A DNA stretch of 64,000 nt, taken from assembly GCA_023301565.1 (NCBI GenBank), contig JALZUO010000008.1, positions 106,030 to 170,029 of the forward strand, read 5' to 3'. This document shows positions 55,517 through 64,000 of the stretch, piece by piece. A program made the translations under genes and the position numbers. The DNA is from Oligoflexales bacterium (GTDB taxonomy: Bacteria; Bdellovibrionota_B; Oligoflexia; Oligoflexales; JALZUQ01). Under the pieces are notes generated by a model. That model was not told the DNA's origin. It searched no databases and worked only from the letters and a program-made list of their open reading frames with translations. Position 1 is the first letter of the stretch; each line of letters opens with the position of its first letter.

Positions 55517-57379
55517 TTAATGGGCCTGTCTAAAGAGGTTTTTGTCTTCCGCAAATTTTGCGAGAATTTTTTGTGCTACCGGAGCGGCGGCTTTGCCGCC
55601 TCCACCGTCAGGGTCGTTTTCACTGATGATAGCTATAGCGATTTGTGGGTTTTCAGTGGGTGCTAGTGCAACGAACAAAGCATGTTCTTTCCAAGTCTTT
55701 TTTGTGGTCGATTGTTTGTGCGTTTTATCCAAACTGACCACTTGGACTGTGCCTGTTTTTCCACCTACATTTAAGCCTGGTACTCTTGACCGTCCGCCGG
55801 TTCCGTCAGCGTCGCTCACAACCTTAAGGAGCATATCTCTAAGTGTTTTTCTTGTGTTTTTTCCTACATGCTGCATTGTTCTGAGAGCTGTCGGGGTAGC
55901 AGAAAAAATTATTTTTCCTTGGTGGTCTCTGACCTTATGTAGAAGGTGTGGCTTCTTTACCACTCCTTCCTCACCTAGTGCAGCAACCATTGCGGCAAGC
56001 TGAAGTGGGGTAGCGAGGTTAAAGCCCTGACCGATGGACGCGTTGGGTGTCTGACCTTTTGGCCACTTTCGGCCATGTCGCAAATGGTGCCATGCTTTTG
56101 TTGGAACCAAGCCGTGCCGCTCTGCATTTAAGCCCAGGCCAAGCTTAGAGCCAAACCCAAAATCACGTGCAAATGTTGCTATTTTATCTATCCCGAGTTT
56201 AAGACCAAGCTCGTAGAAGAAAACATCGCAAGACCCTTTAAGCGCTTTTGTATAGTTAACAAATCCGTGCCCTGATCTTTTGTGGCAATGATAAGTTTTG
56301 TTTCCAAGGCGAAAAGAGCCCTTACAAACAGCTGTATGTCGTTTTGTTTCTGGTGTCTCAAGGCCTGCAGCCGCAACGACAATTTTATACGTACTGCCGG
56401 GTGGGTATTGGCCCCCAGTTGTTTTATCGAGTAGCGGTGCGTAAGGGTCATCTCCTAGTTGATCCCAAAGCTCCTGTGAAATTTGGTTGCGGAAGTCTTC
56501 TAGTCTAAATGCTGGTTCACTAAGCATGGCTAGGATACCGCCGGATTTGACGTCTAGGACAACCACGGCACCTTTTTTACCTGCAAAAGCTTTTTTGGCA
56601 GCGAGTTGCAGTTTAGCATCAATGGTCAACTGTATGTCTTGCCCAGCTTCTGGGTCAGCAAAGGGAAGTCTGACGTCCATTTCCCGCACACGCCGACCAT
56701 AAGCATCTACTCGGATGATTTCAAAACCATCTTTTCCACGAAGTTTCGACTCTAAGACTTTTTCTAGGCCTGTTTTTCCGACAAAATCACCAGGTTTATA
56801 CTTTTTTTGAGGGTAGCTTAAGTTTTTTTCTCGTATCTCTCTTTCGTTGATTTCACCAAGGTAGCCAGTTAAGTGCGGGCTGGCAGCCTCTGAAAAGCTG
56901 CGTCGCGGCACCCCAATGATTTCTATGCCTGGAAGTATGGACCTGTGATTTTCAATGATGGAACGCTGTTCAGAACTCAAATCATGGACGAGAGTTACGG
57001 GGACATAAGATTTTCTAGAGCGTTTTTTTCTTATGCGGCGTCTTAGTTCGCTCAGTGGTTTATCCAGAAGCTCTCCGACCTTATCGAGCAAAATAGCCGG
57101 GTTCTTTGTTACTTGGGGGATATAAACAAGGTCATAGGATATCTCATTTCCGACTAGTTTTTGGCCGTTTCGATCGAAGATAGATCCACGCTGTGCTGGA
57201 ACAAATATTTTACTGAGCTGGTTTTTTGATGCCACCTCGCGAAAGAACTCTCCTTGCCAAACCTGCAGGTGCCAAAAGCGAATTGCAAGCAGACTGAAAA
57301 CAAACAACACAGCAAGTCCAGCAAGCTGGAAGCGGCTTCTTGGTATGGCATATCGCCGGTTGAGGCTAAGTTTTTTCAA
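55517..57379 (-). CDS. mrdA: Penicillin-binding protein 2 (elongasome transpeptidase)
   Basis: N-terminal anchor. Transpeptidase motifs 'GSTYK' and 'GKTGT'. Sits between mreD and rodA. Confidence 0.9.
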   Translation of the reverse strand: MKKLSLNRRYAIPRSRFQLAGLAVLFVFSLLAIRFWHLQVWQGEFFREVASKNQLSKIFVPAQRGSIFDRNGQKLVGNEISYDLVYIPQVTKNPAILLDKVGELLDKPLSELRRRIRKKRSRKSYVPVTLVHDLSSEQRSIIENHRSILPGIEIIGVPRRSFSEAASPHLTGYLGEINEREIREKNLSYPQKKYKPGDFVGKTGLEKVLESKLRGKDGFEIIRVDAYGRRVREMDVRLPFADPEAGQDIQLTIDAKLQLAAKKAFAGKKGAVVVLDVKSGGILAMLSEPAFRLEDFRNQISQELWDQLGDDPYAPLLDKTTGGQYPPGSTYKIVVAAAGLETPETKRHTAVCKGSFRLGNKTYHCHKRSGHGFVNYTKALKGSCDVFFYELGLKLGIDKIATFARDFGFGSKLGLGLNAERHGLVPTKAWHHLRHGRKWPKGQTPNASIGQGFNLATPLQLAAMVAALGEEGVVKKPHLLHKVRDHQGKIIFSATPTALRTMQHVGKNTRKTLRDMLLKVVSDADGTGGRSRVPGLNVGGKTGTVQVVSLDKTHKQSTTKKTWKEHALFVALAPTENPQIAIAIISENDPDGGGGKAAAPVAQKILAKFAEDKNLFRQAH

Positions 57380-57970
57380 CTAACTTACCCCTTTTGCGAA
57401 CTGAAACTTCTTTGTTCGGCGATGGAACCTGTAGATCCAGCCATAAATATGCGCTTTTTGTCCGTAAAAAAAGAAAGCAATAAAAAGAAAGGAAATTACA
57501 AAAAGTAAGAGAGTTTTAAAGTGGATAGCCCAGGGGCTAGACATGTAAAACTCCATACTAAGCAAAGAGTCAATAGAACCAAATCCTGATATCTGAGAGC
57601 GCAAAAAGGTTGACATAGCCGCTTCTAAAAACGCAGAAAAGACAAAAAGACCAGCCCAAGTCACAGGCTTACGCCAGACAAAAAGATGCCGGATAAAAGC
57701 GACCGCAATAAGCCCAAGGTTTCTACAAAGAAAGAAGCCAGCGGGCAGAGGAGTGAGATACTCTTGCAGAAGACCAAAAAAAACAGCCAAGACTACCAGG
57801 TGGCTAATGCGCGCACGAATAAGCATTAATGTAAAAAAAACTAAAAAAAAGTCCAGGTAAAGCGGAGAAAAAAAACCGTGTAATGCAAATTGAATACAGG
57901 TTAGGAAGAGACCAAATCCAATGGACCTGGTTAAAGGAAGCTTCAGCATTGATTTGAGGTCCAGAATCAA
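57380..57970 (-). CDS. mreD: Rod-shape-determining protein MreD
   Basis: Small polytopic membrane protein directly between mreC and mrdA. Overlaps the mreC end by 4 nt. Confidence 0.7.
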   Translation of the reverse strand: MILDLKSMLKLPLTRSIGFGLFLTCIQFALHGFFSPLYLDFFLVFFTLMLIRARISHLVVLAVFFGLLQEYLTPLPAGFFLCRNLGLIAVAFIRHLFVWRKPVTWAGLFVFSAFLEAAMSTFLRSQISGFGSIDSLLSMEFYMSSPWAIHFKTLLLFVISFLFIAFFFYGQKAHIYGWIYRFHRRTKKFQFAKGVS

Positions 57971-58842
57971 AGCATTCCCTCACTTTGCTCCTTGATAAAC
58001 CCCTTGCTAACAGCAAAGGTTTTAGATCGAACTATGCCAACTGTTCTAATAGTGGGAAAGGGGACAGCGGGTTTAACCTGGATAATTTTGCGGATTTTAT
58101 CTTTTGCTAAATCGACGGACACTACTTTTCCTACGGGAAGAAAAGCCGGAAAAAAATCTAGCAAACCCGAAGTTAAAACCCTATCACCTACTTTTACATC
58201 AGCGTCCACCTTCTTTTCGTATTCGCACTGGTTGACGCCGCGCCCTACTAGCACAGAACGTGAACCTGTTCTTTCGTTGATGATATCCAAGCGTGAGTTT
58301 GGGTCAATGAGTGGAAGCACGTATGCATGTGTGAGGCCTGACCTGACGACCCTCCCCACGACCCCGTCTGGTGATATGACCGGATAGCCCACTTGCACTT
58401 TGTCTTTTGTGCCCTTATCGACCTGGAACATCTGAAACCGATGTATCGATTGCTTGGAGTATACCTCGGCAAAGATCAGTTTTTTCTTTACCGGTGCTTC
58501 TAGTGATAACAGCTCTCTGGTTTTTTTGAGTTCAACCTCGGATTTTCTAGCTTCGAGAAGTTGTATCTCGAGTTTTGTAATGCGTTCATTTTTTTGATGA
58601 AGCGATGAAACTAAATAGGTTTGTTTTTTAAAGTACTCACCTAGGTATCCGGGTGTGCGAGAAATCTTTTTAAGCGACTGTTGCCCTATGACCAACGGTG
58701 CCTGGAGCCACTTCAAAATTTTGGGGATGTCTCCACGCGCTTTAAACTGCCGACCAAAAAACAGGCCGACGCTCAAGAGGAGGACACAAACCCATACTAG
58801 GACTTTGACCCACCTAGTTTGGCTTTGTGTTTTCTTTGCCAT
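57967..58842 (-). CDS. mreC: Rod-shape-determining protein MreC
   Basis: N-terminal anchor, coiled-coil 'KLEIQLLEARKSEVELKK', and a beta-rich domain 'VISPDGVVGRVV...'. Sits after mreB. Confidence 0.85.
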   Translation of the reverse strand: MAKKTQSQTRWVKVLVWVCVLLLSVGLFFGRQFKARGDIPKILKWLQAPLVIGQQSLKKISRTPGYLGEYFKKQTYLVSSLHQKNERITKLEIQLLEARKSEVELKKTRELLSLEAPVKKKLIFAEVYSKQSIHRFQMFQVDKGTKDKVQVGYPVISPDGVVGRVVRSGLTHAYVLPLIDPNSRLDIINERTGSRSVLVGRGVNQCEYEKKVDADVKVGDRVLTSGLLDFFPAFLPVGKVVSVDLAKDKIRKIIQVKPAVPFPTIRTVGIVRSKTFAVSKGFIKEQSEGML

Positions 58843-58848
58843 GTGAAC

Positions 58849-59907
<1,059 letters not shown>

Positions 59908-60048
59908 TCACCCAGTCTATCGGCGCTCCCATGAAAAAACAAGCAGAGGGCAGTATGCTTAATAGACACTAAGGTGATCAAAGAAGAAGCAGGAATGCGA
60001 CGCAAGTCCATCAAAGCAATTCAAATCGCCTTATGTGCAGGCTTTTGT

Positions 60049-60076
60049 TTGCTTCGCGGGTAAAACACACTAGAAT
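60049..60076 (+). promoter_or_regulatory. Sigma70-like promoter candidate for the ppiD-like gene
   Basis: TTGCTT (60049-60054), a 16-nt spacer, then TAGAAT (60071-60076), about 30 nt upstream of the GTG start. Confidence 0.35.
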
Positions 60077-60104
60077 CACAAGCCTTAGACGGAGGATTTG
60101 CTAA

Positions 60105-61676
60105 GTGGGTATGTTTGATTGGAAAAAAGTAGAGAGCGACCGTGTTGCCGGTAGGAGCATGGTTGGTTATTGGTTCGGGATGACACTGATTGGTTTGGCA
60201 ACGCTTGCCATGACATTCATGGGGATTTTAGATCCGTCAGCTATTGGGCTGGGGCCATTGACGGGCGATGCCGGTCGGGTAGCAAGTGAAAAGATTTCTG
60301 GTAATGATTTTCGCAGGCTCTATTATCAGCTACAGAACTCTCAACCAGGCCGCAGCCAGGAAGAGACCGCACAGATTCCTCAGCAAGCACTACAAATGCT
60401 CGTAAACCAAAAGCTAGAATCTTATCAAGCCAAAGTTGCTGGTTTTGCTAGTGCAGACTCCGAAGTTGTCAGTCTTTTACAAGGTGAGTTTTTCAGAGAT
60501 GAAGAAGGTAAGTTTAGCGAAAGTGCTTTTAACGGATGGCTACAAAGAAATCTCTATACTGAAAAAACTTTTTTAAAGTCACAGAAAGATAACTTAGCTG
60601 TCGCCAAGTTCCGTTCTTTGCTTTCAAGGGTGGTTTACGTACCTAAGTCCTACATGGATAGTGAGTACACACGTAGACAAACAACATACAAGTTCGATGT
60701 GATCACTTTGGACAAAAGTGTTTATGAAAGCTCGCTGACAGCAGAGAATATAGATGCCTTCGTAGCTGACCCTATAAACGACAAGGTTTTAAGGAAAGCA
60801 TTTGCCCTGAAGAAGAAAAACTTTGATCAGGACGCGCAGGTGAAGGCCCGGCATATATTAATTGCTTACGAGGGTGGAGCTGCAGATTCTCTTAAAAAAA
60901 GAAGCAAAGAAGAGGCCAAGAAATTTTCCGAAGAGATTCGGGCAAAGGCAGTGGCAAGCCCAGCCAATTTTATTCAACTAGCAAAAGCAAACACAGACGA
61001 GCAAGCCGGTAAAAAAAGTGGTGGTAGTTTAGGTTGGTTTACAAAAGAGAAGATGGTTCCAGAGTTTAGCAGTGCAGCATTTGCATTGACCAAAGGTGCA
61101 ATCAGTGAAGTTGTAGAGTCCAAGTTTGGTTTTCACGTTATTTTAGTCGAAGACAAAAAAGAAGCTGTGATTGCAAATTTTGAAGACCACAAACAAAAAG
61201 TTGCCAAGACAGTGATGTTTGAACAAAATGGCAAAGAATGGTTGAAAACCAAAGCCTCTGAGTTGCATGCTGCTGTTTCTGCGGGCGGAGTGGTGACGAC
61301 TGTTCCGGGCCTAAAAAGCCTTAGTTGGAAGCAAACGTCGGCTGTAAAGGCGGACGCTGGTTTTGTTCCGATGATTGGCAGCAAGCCTGACTTAAGGTCG
61401 GCAGCATTTGCGCTTAAAAACAAAGGTGACTTTGTGCCCAATCCTCTTGAAGACGGTGACAAGCTGCTTGTCGTGCGTCTTGCGGAAAAAAGCGGACCTA
61501 AAGCCGCTACTGCTGAAGCAGACAAACGTAGTTTGATGACCCAGTTGCGCGGACAAGCAAGTAGGGATGCTACGGAGCAATGGTCAAGCCACTTTAAAAA
61601 TAAGTTCGATAAAGCGGGCCGAATCTACCAAAACCCTAAGTATTTAAAGTTTAACGAGCAAGGCTCTAGGGGTTAA
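60105..61676 (+). CDS. ppiD: Membrane-anchored periplasmic chaperone/peptidyl-prolyl isomerase, PpiD/SurA-like
   Basis: N-terminal TM segment. SurA_N-like region. Parvulin domain 'ARHILIAY...GGSLGWFTKEKMVPEFSSAAFAL...SKFGFHVILVED'. Confidence 0.75.
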   Translation: MGMFDWKKVESDRVAGRSMVGYWFGMTLIGLATLAMTFMGILDPSAIGLGPLTGDAGRVASEKISGNDFRRLYYQLQNSQPGRSQEETAQIPQQALQMLVNQKLESYQAKVAGFASADSEVVSLLQGEFFRDEEGKFSESAFNGWLQRNLYTEKTFLKSQKDNLAVAKFRSLLSRVVYVPKSYMDSEYTRRQTTYKFDVITLDKSVYESSLTAENIDAFVADPINDKVLRKAFALKKKNFDQDAQVKARHILIAYEGGAADSLKKRSKEEAKKFSEEIRAKAVASPANFIQLAKANTDEQAGKKSGGSLGWFTKEKMVPEFSSAAFALTKGAISEVVESKFGFHVILVEDKKEAVIANFEDHKQKVAKTVMFEQNGKEWLKTKASELHAAVSAGGVVTTVPGLKSLSWKQTSAVKADAGFVPMIGSKPDLRSAAFALKNKGDFVPNPLEDGDKLLVVRLAEKSGPKAATAEADKRSLMTQLRGQASRDATEQWSSHFKNKFDKAGRIYQNPKYLKFNEQGSRG

Positions 61677-61682
61677 AAGAGT

Positions 61683-62585
61683 TTGGCAAAGGCTTCACTC
61701 AAAGCACTAGTCGTAACAAAGCACACAAACTGGGATTTACATGGAAAAAATCTCAGTGCTGCTGTCGAGCGGGGTATCGTCGATCAGGGGCGCTTAGACC
61801 AGCTTGAAGTCGAACACAAGCAGCACCAAAGCAGCATTCAAAAAACCTTGTCCGTTTTGAAGGCTGAAGGCATCTGCTATCAGCAAATTCACCGGCGAGA
61901 CGCTTGGCCGGCAGACCCTGTCGATATGGTAATTACGATTGGTGGGGATGGGACCTTTTTAACGGCCTGTCACGCCGGTCTTAGCGGTGAGCCTGTCTAT
62001 ATTGGCATCTGTTCTACAGATGCAAGCGTTGGTTATTTATGCGGATACACGGCCACTAACTTAGAGTCACTTGCTGTAGATTTCAGAAAGTCTTCCTACA
62101 AAAGCTTACCGCGTATGCAAGCAGCCGTAACTTCTTTGGATGGAAAAACCCAAACCAGTGCTGGCGTCATCAACGATATTTTATTCTCCAGCCCCCATCC
62201 CAGTGCAACTTTGCGCTACAGAGTGGATCTCAGCATCGGTGATAAGACCGTAGAAGAGTTTCATAAATCTAGCGGTGTCTGGATTAGTACTTCTGCCGGT
62301 AGCACGGCGGCTATATCAGCGTCCGGCGGCAAAAAGCAACCATTTTGCGAGCCAACCATGCAGTATTCGGTGCGTGAGCGTTACAAAAGGTTCGGAGAGT
62401 CTGCGGAAATCCCTGATGTCGGTCTGTTTGACCCCGAAGACCTTACTTTTACGAACCTTACACAGGGTGCCATTCTTTCCTTAGATGGTAGGCGCGGTGA
62501 AATAACGTTGGAATATGGAGACAAGGTTTGCTTTCAGTGGGTTGCTCCGCTGCAGTTCTTAAGCAGAAAACAAGAGCACGATTGA
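61683..62585 (+). CDS. nadK: NAD kinase
   Basis: 'MVITIGGDGTFL', 'NDILF' and 'SLDGRRGE'. About 300 aa. TTG start. Confidence 0.75.
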   Translation: MAKASLKALVVTKHTNWDLHGKNLSAAVERGIVDQGRLDQLEVEHKQHQSSIQKTLSVLKAEGICYQQIHRRDAWPADPVDMVITIGGDGTFLTACHAGLSGEPVYIGICSTDASVGYLCGYTATNLESLAVDFRKSSYKSLPRMQAAVTSLDGKTQTSAGVINDILFSSPHPSATLRYRVDLSIGDKTVEEFHKSSGVWISTSAGSTAAISASGGKKQPFCEPTMQYSVRERYKRFGESAEIPDVGLFDPEDLTFTNLTQGAILSLDGRRGEITLEYGDKVCFQWVAPLQFLSRKQEHD

Positions 62586-62662
62586 GACTGGGCCTACACA
62601 TGCACAAACTGAGACCTTTGGAAGCAATAGGCCTAGGTAAAAATTGAAAAAGGATTTTTCAA

Positions 62663-62980
62663 ATGTATATCGCAAAATGGAATGGGCGAGAAGTAGCTCG
62701 CAGTAAAAAAAACAGTTGAGCTAGAGGGTGCCGTTTACTTTCCTTCCGAGTCAGTTAACGTTTCTCTTCTAAAAGGTAGTGATAAAAAAGTTATTGTGAG
62801 TGGAAAAAAGCCTCTCCTAACTACTTTGACCTAGTCGTTGACGGCAGCGTAAACAAAGCAGCCGTTGGGAGTCATTCGAATCTTTCAAGTAACCTTTAGG
62901 CTATTGACCGCTGGTACAGTTTTTGGCAAGGCGTCGAGGTTAGTCTTGTCGATTACCAAGAAATTGATCACTTAAATTGA
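62663..62980 (+). pseudogene. DUF427-like gene disrupted by two frameshifts and an in-frame stop
   Basis: Three frame segments: 'MYIAKWNGREVARSKKNS*', then '...TVELEGAVYFPSESVNVSLLKGSDKK', then 'YCEWKKASPNYFDLVVDGSVNKAAVGSHSNLSSNL*AIDRWYSFWQGVEV...'. Together they follow the DUF427 pattern. The frame switches fall at A8 (62705-62712) and A6 (62784-62789). The in-frame TAG is at 62897-62899. Confidence 0.7.
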
Positions 62981-63314
62981 TCACAAGATACCAAATGTAG
63001 CTAAAGCACGTGGCTCCCAACTGGTCATTTGGCGTAAAAAACCTCCCTTTTGGACAGTTACAGTCCAATTCTCTGGGTATTGGATTCCAGACTTAAATGT
63101 TGTCGTAGATGTATCCTCTGACCCAGGAGGTAAAGAGCGGCTGAAGGTTATCCAGAAGGCTCATGACCGTGCTGCATGGAGCGAAGACTATTCGAATATA
63201 CAAAAATCAGAAGGAAAAGATCGTTATAAGTACGTTGCTGTATGGGGTAGCGCGCATCCATCGGCTGAAGCAATAGAGAGCTTAAAGCAGGGGGCTTTCT
63301 TTTGTAGACCTTAA
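62976..63314 (+). pseudogene. 112-codon open frame with no ATG/GTG/TTG start; probable detached C-terminal part of the same decayed gene
   Basis: The frame is open from 62976 to the TAA at 63312-63314 ('IDHKIPNVAKARGSQLVIWRKKPPFWTVTVQFSGYWIPDL...AIESLKQGAFFCRP'). It is absent from the ORF track because it has no start codon. It abuts the DUF427 frame at an 11-nt direct repeat. Confidence 0.45.
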
Positions 63315-63337
63315 AAAAGAAGAGAAGGAAGGCTAAC

Positions 63338-63757
63338 ATGGAAAAGACCTATTGTTTATTGTTGGTGTCTGGAAGCCTACATCTGCTTTTTGCGCTGTTT
63401 CTTGCTTGGGTCATGATTGGCAAGCTGCATTTCAAAAATTTTTATTTTTTTAAAAAGATAAAGTCTTATAATGACCTCGTAAAAGCTCATATTGATTACT
63501 TACTAATGGCATTGTTTTTGCTTCTGTTTTTTGAAGTGAATTTATCGTTGGAAATCGTTCCGCATATTTTCCCCGTTTCCTTGGCCATTTATGGGGCTAC
63601 TGTAAACCCTCTGGGTTTTCTTATTCCTGCTTTTTTTCCGAAAACAGCTCAATCTTCAACTTTTTATCGAGTGTTCTTATATTCTGGGCACGTCGCCGCG
63701 ACCGTGGGGTTTTGTTGGTTTGCTTTTGAGTGGATTCTTTTTTGTGTGAATCTTTAA
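63338..63757 (+). CDS. Hypothetical 4-TM membrane protein (139 aa), AT-rich
   Basis: ATG after gaaggaagg. Four hydrophobic segments. No family recognised. Confidence 0.5.
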   Translation: MEKTYCLLLVSGSLHLLFALFLAWVMIGKLHFKNFYFFKKIKSYNDLVKAHIDYLLMALFLLLFFEVNLSLEIVPHIFPVSLAIYGATVNPLGFLIPAFFPKTAQSSTFYRVFLYSGHVAATVGFCWFAFEWILFCVNL

Positions 63758-63784
63758 AAAAGGCTTTTCGACGACAAACGGAAT

Positions 63785-64000
63785 CTACCGGCGGAGGACA
63801 ACTTTAATGTCGTAGGCAAAGGTTCCACCTGAGTGCATGCAATCGCCATCGTCGTTATCACCTGTTGCGATCAAAGTCATCGAAAGCTTGTCCCTAGTCG
63901 AAAGCTTTGAAAAAAGCTTTGCCTGCTGAATAGACGATTCATTGGTTTCAAAAGCACTAGAAAAATCAACATTCATTTTTAGGGCAAACCCACCCAACGA
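63785..64000 (-). CDS. C-terminal part of a hypothetical protein; the frame remains open to the window edge
   Basis: The track gives 63785..63997 (TTG start), but the reading frame continues to base 64000, so the gene may start outside the window. No family recognised. Confidence 0.35.
   Translation of the reverse strand, partial: SLGGFALKMNVDFSSAFETNESSIQQAKLFSKLSTRDKLSMTLIATGDNDDGDCMHSGGTFAYDIKVVLRR

Overview
This is a 64-kb chromosomal segment from a diderm (Gram-negative-type) bacterium. It is densely coding on both strands, with about 57 protein genes, and almost all of it is housekeeping or envelope content.

Gene content, left to right:
- the 3' part of a CPD photolyase, pstSCAB and alaS
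- a TonB-like / DUF1295 / TonB-dependent-receptor / lipoprotein / dapA block
- a secreted trypsin-like protease and oligopeptidase A
- periplasmic thiol-redox genes (PDZ-TlpA-like, DsbD) with a patatin-like lipase between them
- an isolated rplX
- a di-heme cytochrome c peroxidase, a His-rich YtkA-like protein and a caa3-type oxidase operon (ctaCDEF-ctaG)
- a tightly packed folK / MsrB-MsrA / PiT-like / TPM / TPM block
- pdxA, a UvrA homologue without the insertion domain, an OmpA-family lipoprotein and rpoZ
- an HExxH lipoprotein followed by a TPR/beta-barrel protein
- mreBCD-mrdA-rodA running on into purC, then a ppiD-like gene and nadK

By eye I found no rRNA or tRNA, no CRISPR array, no transposase, integrase or phage genes, and no recognisable defence-system gene set. 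I cannot honestly name a clear new 'system' in this window.

The items most worth a second look are:
- the insertion-domain-less UvrA
- the orphan rplX with its own promoter-like region and terminator
- a DUF427-like gene decaying through homopolymer frameshifts, in an AT-richer zone at the right edge
- several tightly coupled clusters of uncharacterised envelope proteins (49.4-53.3 kb, 14.8-19.5 kb, 39.1-42.7 kb)

The lineage cannot be established without a search. The gene content is compatible with a Bdellovibrionota/Oligoflexia-like or other delta-type lineage. All family assignments rest on motifs I recognise in the supplied translations, not on database hits.
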